Part shown: in pieces, positions 10,113 to 19,851 of the stretch | Position numbering within the stretch: position 1 is the stretch's first letter | Layout: every line of letters begins with the position of its first letter | Assembly (NCBI GenBank): GCA_041640595.1 | Contig: JBEPZY010000008.1 | Location: 40,484-104,483 of the forward strand | Reading direction: 5' to 3' | Length of the DNA stretch: 64,000 nucleotides | Origin: Gemmatales bacterium | GTDB lineage: Bacteria; Planctomycetota; Planctomycetia; Gemmatales; HRBIN36 | Program-made: the position numbers and the translations under genes | The notes under the pieces: generated by a model | Seen by the model: only the letters and a program-made list of their open reading frames with translations | Told to the model about the DNA's origin: nothing | Database searches by the model: none

Positions 10113-11399
10113 ATGCGTAGCCGCTTGCTAACTCGGATGGGATGGATGGCCGTATGGGCCGGTACCTGCCTGGTCGCCACAGCAGCAGAGCCGATTGCTC
10201 CGGACCAATTCGACCAACTGCGGCAGAAGATCAAACCGCAGGCGGGTGAATCGCGGTTCTGGGAAATCCCCTGGCTGCTGAGCCTGGACGAGGCATTGGT
10301 CAAGGCAGCCCAGGAGGGCAAGCCGATATTCGTTTGGTCTGGAGCAGGCGGACCGCCGCACACCGTGTGCTGAGCTGCGGGTTCTGGCGGCCGTGAGCCG
10401 TGCCTGTGGACCGAGGAAATCGTCAACCTGCTCAAGGAAAAGTTTGTGTGCGTCTCTGTAGATGCCCGCCGCGAATGGGCTCGCAAAGATGCCATCGGGG
10501 AAATGGTCCGCAAAACCCAGTGTGTGACCATCACCGCTAACGGGAAAACCAGCGTCATTACCGCCGATGGCAAAAAACTGGGCGACGTTATGTGGATCAA
10601 CGAAAGGCTGCGCATGAACAGTTTGAAGAAAATCCTGGCCGCCTGGGAAGCCCTGCCGGAAGAGGAACGCAAACCTGGCCGGAAAGTGGATTATGGCCCG
10701 CCTGATCCCAACCGTCCGCTGGTTCGGCCACCGGAAGGCACCCTCATACTTGCAGGGCAATTCCGCCGGTTCATGCGGAATCCGGACGGAACGCTGCGTT
10801 ATACCGAACAAGCAGACTACAACCCCGGCGAAGGCCAGAACGGCTGGCAGCGCTTGCGCGAACCCGCCCAGGATATGATGTGGATTCCTGAGAAAGAATG
10901 GCGTGCCTTGATCCCCGAATCGCCTCAAACAGGGCAGAGTATGCCGGCACCGCCCTCGTTTGTGGCTCGCCTGGCTCGTTACCAGCTCGATCCGGAACGG
11001 GGTCTTGGCGAAAGCGTCAAATTCTTGAATGTGCAACCCAGGCTTGCTGAGCTCACCATCACCGTAGATGAGGTCAGCGAGAAAGAACTACGCCTTCGAC
11101 TAACCGGTCAGTTCGACCTGGCCGTCCGCGAGGCAAACAAGGAAATCGCCTACGCCCCAGCCATTCTGGGTTACGTCACCTACGACCGGCAGGCCCGGCG
11201 GATTACACGCTTCGACCTGCTGGCCTTCGGGGAAGCGAATAACTCGCCCCGCGGTCTGATCACTGGCAAATACTGGTTGGGGATTGTCTATGAGCTGGTA
11301 GAGAAGCCAACGGAAGCCCAGCTTGTCTGGCCTCGCGGTGCGCGGGACGGACTGGCCCAGTATCTCGATCCCAGGCCCCTTGTGAAGGCATCCAAATGA
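10113..11399 (+). CDS. Candidate selenoprotein: secreted thioredoxin-fold protein with Cys-Sec (CU) motif, SelN-like; in-frame TGA at 10371-10373
   Basis: ORFs 10113-10373 and 10446-11399 are in the same frame with no other stop between them. The read-through product (428 aa) is colinear with the intact paralog 11396-12784. RBS aggagg; a hairpin follows the TGA. Confidence 0.7.
10380..10412 (+). promoter_or_regulatory. Putative bacterial SECIS hairpin
   Basis: GGTTC(10380-84) pairs with GGACC(10408-12). GCGGC(10387-91) pairs with GCCGT(10397-401) around the loop CGTGA, which starts 19 nt after the TGA. Confidence 0.5.
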
Positions 11400-12784
11400 A
11401 GCTCGTGAACCGTCAGTCTCCCGACAACGTGCCCAGCCGCCTCTATCATCAGGCGTCTGCTGCACGTCTCTTGCACCTGAAAACAGGTCAGGCGGGTCGC
11501 TCTTTTACAACGACCCGCCTGATCCCTGCACTTGCCTTATGCACGTTGACGGTATGGGTGATCACCGGTACACATGGCATCTGCGAGGACAAGCGTGTTT
11601 CTCCTGCGGAGCTTTCGTGGCAAACTTTTGACCAGCTGCACCGCTTCATCAAACCTCAACCTGGTGAATGCCGATTCTGGGAAGTGGAGTGGGAACTCGA
11701 TGTTGCTGCGGCCAGGGCACGGGCTGCCAAGGAAGCAAAGCCCCTGCTGGTACTTTCTGGCCATCGGGGTTCGCCTTTGGGCAACTGTCGCTGGTCGGTG
11801 GCTGCCGCACGCGACCCCGAAGTCTGGAACGAGACCTTCACTCGTCTGATTCGGGAAAGGTGTGTCGCTGTTACCATTCCCGATGCAGGCACTGCCCGCA
11901 AACGCACCGATTCCACTGGTGCTTTCCTGATCAAGGCGAATGTCGGCCAGACGGCACTGACTTCCAATTTTTGCATGGACGTTGTGACAGCTACCGGAGA
12001 ACATCTGGGAAGAATTCCGTTCAACACTCCCGGGGTCGCTTTGAAGTCTCTGCAAAACGCTCTCGATAAGTTTGCCGCACTCCCGGAAGACCGCAGACGA
12101 GGCAATGTACCAGAAGAGCAATCCGCTATTCCCGGCCCACCACCGGGTACCCTGATACTCCGAATCTATCTTCGCCAGTTAGGACGCAACCCGGATGGCA
12201 CGTTGCGATACACCGAACCAGGGGACTATACCGACAAAACCCCGATGCGAAATCGCGCCTTGTGTCGGCAACCTTTCGATGACTACATGTGGGTTACAGA
12301 AAAAGAGTGGAAAGCTCTGATCCCGGCCGAACCGGCGCCCGGTATGAAAGTTGTCATCCCTGAGTCGTTGCAGTTGCGCCTGTTGCGCTATCACCTGAAC
12401 CCGCGAGTAGGATTCACCGAAGGGCCATGCTTTGCCAGGGCTACGCTGAAAGACGGCAGCCTTCACGCCAAAGTGGAACAAGTGACCAACGAAGAGCTCC
12501 ATCTTCGGATAGAAGGTTCGGCCAAGTTGCATTTGGGAGATGACTTGAGTTTTACACCCACCATTCTGGGAAAGTTGGTGTTTGACCGAGCCCGCAAGCA
12601 GTTCAGGCAGTTTGACCTGGTTGCATTGGGGGATGTAACGGGCCATATCCAGCATGGTGGCGGTGGCTTTCGACCAGGCGCTCAGCCATTGGGCATAGCT
12701 TTCGAACTGATAACCAAGCCCAGACCAACAGACTTCCTGCCACCCGGTGGCCCTGGCGACCCCGGTTATCTCGACCCGAAATGA
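11396..12784 (+). CDS. Secreted thioredoxin-fold protein, uninterrupted paralog of 10113-11399
   Basis: Shared blocks KPQxGExRFWEVxW, PPxGTLIL, RNPDGTLRYTE, MWxxEKEWxALIP, RYxLxPxxGxxE, FDLxAxG, LGIxxEL. It has Cys-Arg where the upstream gene has Cys-TGA. Confidence 0.8.
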   Translation: MKLVNRQSPDNVPSRLYHQASAARLLHLKTGQAGRSFTTTRLIPALALCTLTVWVITGTHGICEDKRVSPAELSWQTFDQLHRFIKPQPGECRFWEVEWELDVAAARARAAKEAKPLLVLSGHRGSPLGNCRWSVAAARDPEVWNETFTRLIRERCVAVTIPDAGTARKRTDSTGAFLIKANVGQTALTSNFCMDVVTATGEHLGRIPFNTPGVALKSLQNALDKFAALPEDRRRGNVPEEQSAIPGPPPGTLILRIYLRQLGRNPDGTLRYTEPGDYTDKTPMRNRALCRQPFDDYMWVTEKEWKALIPAEPAPGMKVVIPESLQLRLLRYHLNPRVGFTEGPCFARATLKDGSLHAKVEQVTNEELHLRIEGSAKLHLGDDLSFTPTILGKLVFDRARKQFRQFDLVALGDVTGHIQHGGGGFRPGAQPLGIAFELITKPRPTDFLPPGGPGDPGYLDPK

Positions 12785-12855
12785 AGCCATCATCGCCAGC
12801 CCGCCCATCGTACTACCACGCCACGACATCCTGCCAGCAAGAAGGAGAATTGAGA

Positions 12856-13604
12856 ATGACGCAGCAGGGACCGACCATCAAGAGTTGGCAGTTCCGGAAG
12901 CTGAGGGGGCTACTGTTAGTGGCATTGTTTGCATTGGCGTCTGCGCTTGCGGGCGCCGCATTGGCCGCCGAGCCGACACAAAAGCGTTTTGTGATTGAGC
13001 ACTACGCATTAGCCGGTGCCGCGCTGTATGGTGCCATATTCTGGATGCTGCAGTCTGGGCCTTGGAGCTGGACAAAGCCCCCGCAATCACCGTGACATCG
13101 GAAGGTCCGCCGATCCACCCGGAGAGCACCCCCGCCTGGGCGATAGTCCGGTACACGTTCCCACCCCGCGAAAAACTTCCCGCGGTGACCGTTGTCTGGT
13201 ACCACGGCGGCAAGTTACCCCCGAAAGAGCTGGTTGGGGATTTCAAGTTGCCCAGTAACGGGTCGCTTTTCGTCGGCGAGAAAGGCAAACTGCTGGTTCC
13301 ACACGGTGGCTCATTACAGGTGTTCCCCCAGGAGCTTGGCGAAGAAGTGCAAAAGCTCCAATCCACCATTCCCGCACCTACCGCTGGTCATCATGGCGAA
13401 TGGCTGCAAGCCTGCAAAACCGGACAGGCGACAGGAAGCAATTTTGCCTACGCCGCCAGGTTGACTGAAATAGTCCAGTTGGGCAATGTTGCCTATCGTG
13501 TTGGAAAGGCCGTTGAGTGGGAAGTAGCTGCCATGAAAGCCAAAAATTGCCCCGAAGCCGAAGCTTTCGTTCGCCGTGACTATCGCAGGGGATGGACGCT
13601 TTGA
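12856..13604 (+). pseudogene. Chimeric remnant: 5' end of a secreted protein fused out of frame to the C-terminal part of a Gfo/Idh/MocA oxidoreductase
   Basis: RBS plus ATG 12856 encode a signal peptide (LLLVALFALASALAGAALA|AEP). From 13032 another frame reads CHILDAAVWALEL...WYHGG...GSLFVGEKG...HHGEWLQACK...YRRGWTL, typical of Gfo/Idh/MocA C-termini, with no NAD-binding domain. Confidence 0.7.
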
Positions 13605-13660
13605 TCGGTCAGCAACACCGCAGGCACTCGCGACAAAGAGGACCAAGGAGGTAACTAAGC

Positions 13661-14977
13661 GTGAAGTACAGTCGTGTGGGGCTGGTGGCTGCATGTGGTT
13701 TGTGCTTGCCGTTTCTTCTGGCAATGACGGCTCTGGCAAATGGCCAGCCGCAGGTCGAGCGAGTCATCGAAGTGGCGCCGCGATGCCCAGGCACACGGTC
13801 GCAAACCTGGGCGAGCCTTGCCTGGTCGCCTCAATCTCAGTGCTGGCTGGTGGCTTGGCGCGAGGGCTACTTGAACGAGGAAGTTTCCGACATCTGGTGT
13901 GCCCGCATCAGTGCCGACGGAAAAGCGCTCGACCCCGCTGGCATCCGCATCACCAGCGGGCCAGGCCTGAAAGACAAGCCACAGGTTGCTTCCGACGGTA
14001 CTGACTTTTTGGTGGTTTGGGAGGATTTGCGCAACGGCCGAGATTGGGACGTGTACGCTGCTCGAATTACCGCCCAGGGAAAGGTGCTCGACGCCAATGG
14101 ATTTGTCGTAGCCGGTGGACAACACAACCAGTGCCGTCCCGATGTCGGCTTTGCCGCCGACTTTTATTTGGTCGTTTGGCAAGAGTTTGTCGGTGATGGT
14201 ACTCCCAACACGCCGGGCAACGCTTATGTAGTTCGGGGCAAACGCGTCAGCAGCAACGGTAAACCAGCGGACGACCAGCCCATCGAAATTGCCAGAATAG
14301 AAAAGGAATCCCACGCTCTCAATCCGGTACTCGCCTGTCAAGAGTCCACTGCCCTGGTCGGTTTCACGGTGCGTGCATTCGCATCGGGCAACGATTATTT
14401 CGCGCGTCGGCCGATTGATGTCGCTAGCGGACGTGTTCTCGGCCCAACTCCAGAACCATCCCGAAACTCAGCCAAGCCCCCTATCCATCTGCCCGCTTCG
14501 GAGGGGGAAGCGCCGCGTCGTGGTGTTCTGGCCATCAACAAAGCCGGTGCGGTTACCGTGCTGCACGACAAGGTACACGGGGCCCAAGTTTGGAAGATGG
14601 CTGCGGATGGAAAAGACCCCCAATTAGTGGCTCGCCTTGCTGCTCCGAACAAGCAGTCCCGCACCGACACAAGTTACCCTGTCTGTCGAGCACTCGCCAG
14701 CGATGGCAACACATTTTTGCTGCTAGCAGAATGGCCTCAATTGCGGCAGGATGGTCGGGTGCGCATGCAAGTGCGTGGCTGGCGACTGGGGCCTGATGCC
14801 AAACCGCAGGATGATGCCGATACGGGATTTATCCTGGCTGCTGATGAACGGCGCGACCAACTCTCGCCAGCCGTGGCTGCCGGGCCGCAAGGTATCTTTC
14901 TGGCAGTCTGGTCAGAACGCCGGGGTCCTGACGACATCAAAGTGGTAGCCCGGCGGGTTTTGCTCGACGCCAAATGA
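13661..14977 (+). CDS. Secreted beta-rich repeat protein (paralog 2 of 3)
   Basis: RBS aaggagg plus GTG; signal peptide; 'FLVVWEDLRNGRDWDVYAARI' repeat. Confidence 0.78.
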   Translation: MKYSRVGLVAACGLCLPFLLAMTALANGQPQVERVIEVAPRCPGTRSQTWASLAWSPQSQCWLVAWREGYLNEEVSDIWCARISADGKALDPAGIRITSGPGLKDKPQVASDGTDFLVVWEDLRNGRDWDVYAARITAQGKVLDANGFVVAGGQHNQCRPDVGFAADFYLVVWQEFVGDGTPNTPGNAYVVRGKRVSSNGKPADDQPIEIARIEKESHALNPVLACQESTALVGFTVRAFASGNDYFARRPIDVASGRVLGPTPEPSRNSAKPPIHLPASEGEAPRRGVLAINKAGAVTVLHDKVHGAQVWKMAADGKDPQLVARLAAPNKQSRTDTSYPVCRALASDGNTFLLLAEWPQLRQDGRVRMQVRGWRLGPDAKPQDDADTGFILAADERRDQLSPAVAAGPQGIFLAVWSERRGPDDIKVVARRVLLDAK

Positions 14978-15091
14978 TCGCCACTCGAACGGCAAGGCGT
15001 GCTGAGCAAAACGACTCGAATCCACCCTTTCTCGGGATTTCGTCGCGGTCAGGAGATTGGCCGCGATTGGGTAAAGTACAGGAGCGCAGAG

Positions 15092-16531
15092 ATGAGCGAA
15101 TCTCTAAGGGCATCTGACAAAACCGGTCTGGATTTCGATTCTCGCCCCTGCGCATCAGGATGTTCACCGAGGTCAAGTGGGGCGTTGTCTGCCGGTCTGG
15201 TGGGCATGGTGCTGGGCGGTTTCCTGAACCTATGCGGCCCGGGCGAGCTGGTCACTTATGCGGAAACCGCCGAGCCGAAGGTACAAGCTCGGCAGAATAC
15301 TCCACCGGCCTATGAGCATTTTGCCTTCTGTTGCGTGGAGGGCTACCTCGACGGACCGAGTAAGCAGGCGATGTCCTCGGTGACCAAAGCTGCCAGCGTG
15401 GACGATGAGGGAAACCTGTTCTTCGTCCCGGTACACGGCGATGGTGGCTTGCGTGTAGCGCGAATGGACGGCAAAGTGCAAACCATTGCCGGTGCCGATT
15501 ACTGGCAAGGATCACTCAGCGCGACCGAAGGGCCGGCTTCGTCCATTCCGCATCTGCAACGCGAGGGCGGCATTGGTACGCCCACTTCGACCTGCGTAGC
15601 GGTGGGCTCGCCTTTGAAGGATGACCCCGATGGTCAGCCTGCCGGTTACTTGCTCACCCGAGCCGGACACGGGACAGGTCTGGATAACGTCATTTACAAA
15701 GTCTGGCGTAATCCGACCCAGGGTGGCCGCTGGTGGTTCAAAGTCATCACCGGCACCGGTACCACTTATCCGCCGACACAAGTGGGACAATCCATCGAAG
15801 CCGCGAAGGCTCGTTTTCGGGTTCTACCATTCATCGCCAAACGCCGGCTTGCCCAGGGGAAAACCGAGGTGGTGTTCTACAGCGAAGGCAATGTCTGGGT
15901 TTACGATGACCAGCGTGGGACTCTAACCTGCATCCTCAGCGCTGCCCAGTACATGGGAGCAGAAATCTGGAAGCGTATTCATCCGCAAGGCAAACCAGTC
16001 ACACAGCCGCCCCGGAGAATGGCATTTCTGCCCGATGGCAGCTTTATCCTGAACACGTATCAGGAAACTTATCCGATTGGTTGCGTTCTGAAAGTTTCTG
16101 CCGACGGAAAAGAGGTGACCCTTTTGTGTACGAATGCGAAAGGGAGCGTGGACAAAGCTTTTGATGGCGATGCCTTGAAAGATGTGGCGTTTTTCGGCGG
16201 ACCGTTACTTGCTGGTGGTGTTTTTCCGCCCGATGTGATTGGTCTGGGTGCCGTAGATGATGCGCTACTTCGTCGGCTCTATCAGGGCCGGGTTGCCACG
16301 TTGTGCAAAGACGGGGAGTGGCGGGAGTTTCCGACCAAGCATGCAGCTGGCGGCGGTGAATTGACCTGGCGCCAGTGCCCACCGGATAAGGCACCAGCCT
16401 GGGGGCGCGGATGGATCATGGCTCCGGGAGGCTACTTCTACCAGCTGTATTGCATGGGAGGCGGGGACGCCTGGGTCTGGCGTGTCGGTCCGGTGGACTG
16501 GACTAAACCATCTATCCAGAAACTGCCGTGA
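15092..16531 (+). CDS. Secreted/membrane-anchored NHL-like beta-propeller protein
   Basis: RBS aggag before ATG 15092 (start uncertain); 'EGYLDGP' and 'DGKVQTIAG' NHL-like motifs. Confidence 0.65.
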   Translation: MSESLRASDKTGLDFDSRPCASGCSPRSSGALSAGLVGMVLGGFLNLCGPGELVTYAETAEPKVQARQNTPPAYEHFAFCCVEGYLDGPSKQAMSSVTKAASVDDEGNLFFVPVHGDGGLRVARMDGKVQTIAGADYWQGSLSATEGPASSIPHLQREGGIGTPTSTCVAVGSPLKDDPDGQPAGYLLTRAGHGTGLDNVIYKVWRNPTQGGRWWFKVITGTGTTYPPTQVGQSIEAAKARFRVLPFIAKRRLAQGKTEVVFYSEGNVWVYDDQRGTLTCILSAAQYMGAEIWKRIHPQGKPVTQPPRRMAFLPDGSFILNTYQETYPIGCVLKVSADGKEVTLLCTNAKGSVDKAFDGDALKDVAFFGGPLLAGGVFPPDVIGLGAVDDALLRRLYQGRVATLCKDGEWREFPTKHAAGGGELTWRQCPPDKAPAWGRGWIMAPGGYFYQLYCMGGGDAWVWRVGPVDWTKPSIQKLP

Positions 16532-16556
16532 GGCCTAAAGCGAAGGAGTGGCATCC

Positions 16557-17897
16557 ATGCGCACGAAAAGGCTTTACCTGGCTCTTTACCCGATCGTCCT
16601 TGCGGCTCTCGGAGTCGCTCTCTATTGGATTTGTGGCGGTGAAGCGAAGCCTGCGGATACTTCGCAGCCTTCAGTAACGGTGGGTCGCCCAGTGGATGTG
16701 GCCCCGAAAGTGCCGGGCAGTCGAGCCCAGACCTGGGCTTCCCTGGCCTGGTCCGCTGGTGCCAATGCCTGGCTGGTGGCCTGGCGGGAAGGATGCCTCA
16801 ACGAATCGGCCACAGAAATCTGGTGCGCTCGTGTGGATGCGAATGGGCGGTCGCTGGACCCGGCCGGTATTCGAATCGCAGCGGGAAATGGTCTGCGCAG
16901 CCACGTGAAAGTAGCCTCGGATGGAAACGACTGGTTAGTCGTATGGGCCGACCTGGGAAATGGAAACGACTGGGACATCTATGGCTGCCTGGTGAGTGCC
17001 AACGGTCAGCCCTGCGACAAACCGTTCCTTATCGCCGGCGGGCAGGACAATCAATGTCAGCCTGCCGTGGCTTACGCCGGCGATTCCTATTACGTAGTCT
17101 GGGCCGGCTTTAGCGGTTCCGGACTGCCAAACACGCCGGGCAACGGTTACGGCCTTTATAAATGCCGCGTTTCCAAACAAGGCCGGGTGCTGGATTCGCC
17201 CGTCGAGTTGGTAAGCAACAAATCGTACCAGGCGAGCCATCCAATGATAGCCGCGGGCAAGGACAAGCTCGCAGTCGTCTTCATGGAAACTACACACATC
17301 AAGTGGGGCAAGAATGTCCTGAACTATGTGATTCTCGACGCCCAAACAGGCAAAATAGTGGCCGGGCCTCTCCCTCCTAGCACCGGCAACAATGACCGCC
17401 TGCTGGGAAACAAGGTTACCGCTCGCTGGGTACCGGTAGCCGCCATCGGGGATATGTTCCTGACCCTGGTAAGAGATGTGGAGTCCTTCGGTGGACGAAA
17501 TCCTTACGCGCCAACCTTCTGGACGCTAACATCCTCAGGAACCCTCAAGAAAACCGGGCTCAGCGTGGATGCTCTTATGGCGTCGAGAGTCTATTACGCG
17601 CCAGGTCATGTTGCACTAGCCTCCGACGGCCAGCGCTTCCTGTATGTTTCCGAAAGCCCCAAGAGCCGCAAGGACGCTAACCAGATGCAGATGGGCATTG
17701 TCGGTTGGGTGATCAATCGCGAGGGCAATCAACTTCTAGCCGGTGCGAGTAAAGGGGGTTTCCCAATTGCCGATGAGCCAGGCAAGGAACACATTTTACC
17801 GGCCGTTTGTTCCGGCCCGCAGAACACCTTCCTGGTAGTCAATAGCGAATTACGCGGCATAGACGATCTGAAACTGGTCGCCCGCATCGTCAAATAA
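16557..17897 (+). CDS. Secreted beta-rich repeat protein (paralog 3 of 3)
   Basis: N-terminal hydrophobic anchor; highly similar to 13661-14977 (QTWASLAWS, WLVAWREGxLNE, LDPAGIRI, PNTPGN). Confidence 0.78.
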   Translation: MRTKRLYLALYPIVLAALGVALYWICGGEAKPADTSQPSVTVGRPVDVAPKVPGSRAQTWASLAWSAGANAWLVAWREGCLNESATEIWCARVDANGRSLDPAGIRIAAGNGLRSHVKVASDGNDWLVVWADLGNGNDWDIYGCLVSANGQPCDKPFLIAGGQDNQCQPAVAYAGDSYYVVWAGFSGSGLPNTPGNGYGLYKCRVSKQGRVLDSPVELVSNKSYQASHPMIAAGKDKLAVVFMETTHIKWGKNVLNYVILDAQTGKIVAGPLPPSTGNNDRLLGNKVTARWVPVAAIGDMFLTLVRDVESFGGRNPYAPTFWTLTSSGTLKKTGLSVDALMASRVYYAPGHVALASDGQRFLYVSESPKSRKDANQMQMGIVGWVINREGNQLLAGASKGGFPIADEPGKEHILPAVCSGPQNTFLVVNSELRGIDDLKLVARIVK

Positions 17898-18009
17898 ATC
17901 CCCTGCCGCAGCTTAGCACGTAAAGCGAGTCTGCATCTGTGCGGCTGTGGTAGCACCTGTGGGATTTCTGACCACGAGCCAACACAGTTATGCGGGCCGT
18001 GTAATCCGA

Positions 18010-19287
18010 TCACGGGCCGAGGCGGTCTTTGCCGAGCCAGGGGCGTAAGGCTTCCGGCACGACTACGGAACCGTCCTGCTGCTGGTAGTTCTCCAGAATA
18101 GCGACGATGGCCCGGCTGACAGCAATGGCGGTGCCGTTGAGCGTGTGCACGAAGCGGGTGCCCTTCTGACCCGTCGGACGGTAGCGAATGTTAAGCCGGC
18201 GAGCCTGGTAATCGGTGCAGTTGGAAGTGCTGGTGACCTCCGCATACTCGCCGTGTTCGCCACGACCGGGCATCCACGCTTCCAGGTCGAATTTGCGGTA
18301 AGCCGGGCCGCCCAGTTCACCGGCACAGGTGTCCACTACCCGATAAGGAATGCCCAGTCCCTGAAACAGTTTCTCTTCGATGCGTAGAAGTTCCTGATGC
18401 CAGTGCTCGCTCTGTTCCGGTGTGCAGAAGACAAACATTTCCACTTTCGTGAACTGGTGCACGCGGAACAGTCCCCGGGTTTCCCGTCCTGGTGCGCCGG
18501 CTTCGGTACGGAAACAGTGCGACAGACCCACATAGCGAAGCGGCAGGCGTTTTTCTTCGAGAATCTGATCGCGGTGCATGCCGCCCAGTGTGATTTCCGC
18601 CGTGGCGATCAGGCACAAATCGGAGTTGGCAATACTGTATATCTGCGTCTCCGGGCCGCGGGGGATAAAACCGATTCCCTCGACAACTTCCGCTTTGGCC
18701 AGATCGGGAGTGATGATCGGCGTGAATCCTTCCGCCAGCAGCACGGAAAATGCGTACTGCACCAGAGCCAGTTCCAGCAAGGCACCCTCGTTTTTCAGGA
18801 AATAGAACTTCGGGCCGGTCACCGAGGACCCGGCTTCAAAATCTACCAGGTCGAGTTTTTCCGCGAGGGCCACGTGATCTTTGGGTCGGAAGGAAAAGCG
18901 GGGTGGTTCGCCCCAGGTGCGTATCACGCGGTTGTCTTCGGGGCGAGAGCCGGGCGGTGCATCGGGATGCGTCAGATTGGGAATGGTGTACAACACCGCT
19001 CGTAGGTCGGCTTCCACTTGCCGCAACTGTGCCTCCAACTCGCTGACTTTGGCGCGCAATTCTCGCCCTTCGTCAATGAGCTTTTGCCGACGCTGCGGGT
19101 CTTTTTCCGCACCGGTTTGTTTTTGCAATTCGTTCTGCCGCTGATGCAGTAACTGCACTTCGCGGGTCAGTTGCTTCCGCTGCTGATACAAAGCCACGGC
19201 TCGGTCAACGTCAGCGTGGACGTTGCGTCGGCGGCAATTTTCTTTCACCAGGTCGGCGTTTTCCGCGACAAATTGCGGATCGAGCAT
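18010..19287 (-). CDS. serS: Serine--tRNA ligase
   Basis: MLDPQFV start; TAE, FRTEAG, GLFRVHQFTKVE, STSNCTDYQARRL and HTLNGT motifs. Confidence 0.98.
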   Translation of the reverse strand: MLDPQFVAENADLVKENCRRRNVHADVDRAVALYQQRKQLTREVQLLHQRQNELQKQTGAEKDPQRRQKLIDEGRELRAKVSELEAQLRQVEADLRAVLYTIPNLTHPDAPPGSRPEDNRVIRTWGEPPRFSFRPKDHVALAEKLDLVDFEAGSSVTGPKFYFLKNEGALLELALVQYAFSVLLAEGFTPIITPDLAKAEVVEGIGFIPRGPETQIYSIANSDLCLIATAEITLGGMHRDQILEEKRLPLRYVGLSHCFRTEAGAPGRETRGLFRVHQFTKVEMFVFCTPEQSEHWHQELLRIEEKLFQGLGIPYRVVDTCAGELGGPAYRKFDLEAWMPGRGEHGEYAEVTSTSNCTDYQARRLNIRYRPTGQKGTRFVHTLNGTAIAVSRAIVAILENYQQQDGSVVVPEALRPWLGKDRLGP

Positions 19288-19646
19288 GCTGAGCTCCTGC
19301 TTCAGTTGGCCAGTCGAGCAAAAATAAAACCAGTCGGCGTGCGGCAGCAAGTCTCCATGGGACGTATGCACCGGCTGTATGGTATGGACGCTGTCAAACA
19401 AGTATTAGCTCGATCGCAGCAACCCGGCCAGTCAAGGTGGCGGCGAAAAACAAACCTGCTGCATGTGCCGGGCCTGTGCAAAGCTATTTTCCACCGAGGA
19501 GAGTTTCCCCTGGTTACCGGTTTTCGGTGGATGAAGATTCGCCGGATTGGTCTGGAACGGCAAGGGCAACGCATATATACTTAAATGTGCCGGCAAGCCC
19601 GGTGGTAAGGCTTGCGAATTTCGATTAGCCAGGCTTGTCCGGTTGG

Positions 19647-19722
19647 CGGGGCGTAGCTCAGCTTGGATTAGAGCGCCAGAATGGGGTTCTGGAGGTCGCA
19701 GGTTCAAATCCTGTCGCCCCGA
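19647..19722 (+). tRNA. tRNA-Pro(GGG); CCA not encoded
   Basis: Acceptor stem CGGGGCG/CGCCCCG; D-arm TAGCTCAG..GG..AGAGC; anticodon stem CCAGA/TCTGG with loop ATGGGGT; T-loop GGTTCAAATCC. Confidence 0.96.
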
Positions 19723-19729
19723 CTTTGCG

Positions 19730-19764
19730 AAATGGCCGTCCTGGTGCGACGGCCATTTTGATTT
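19730..19764 (+). terminator. Intrinsic terminator after the tRNA
   Basis: Perfect 11-bp inverted repeat AAATGGCCGTC/GACGGCCATTT followed by a T-rich tail. Confidence 0.7.
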
Positions 19765-19851
19765 GCTGCCTACCGTCGCGGAGATGGAAAGCCTGACCGG
19801 ATGAGCCAGTGACCAAAGTCCCGGCCCGAACCTGCCAGGGATGAGCAAAAG

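Noticed and set aside
7486..16531. Other TGA stops in the island (8640, 9957, 14977, 16531) as Sec read-through sites
   Set aside because: No Cys/redox context, and none joins two halves of a recognisable protein; each following gene has its own RBS and N-terminal signal region.
19647..19722. tRNA next to serS as a possible tRNA-Sec or island integration site
   Set aside because: Anticodon is GGG with a short variable loop (tRNA-Pro); no duplicated 3' end or integrase found.
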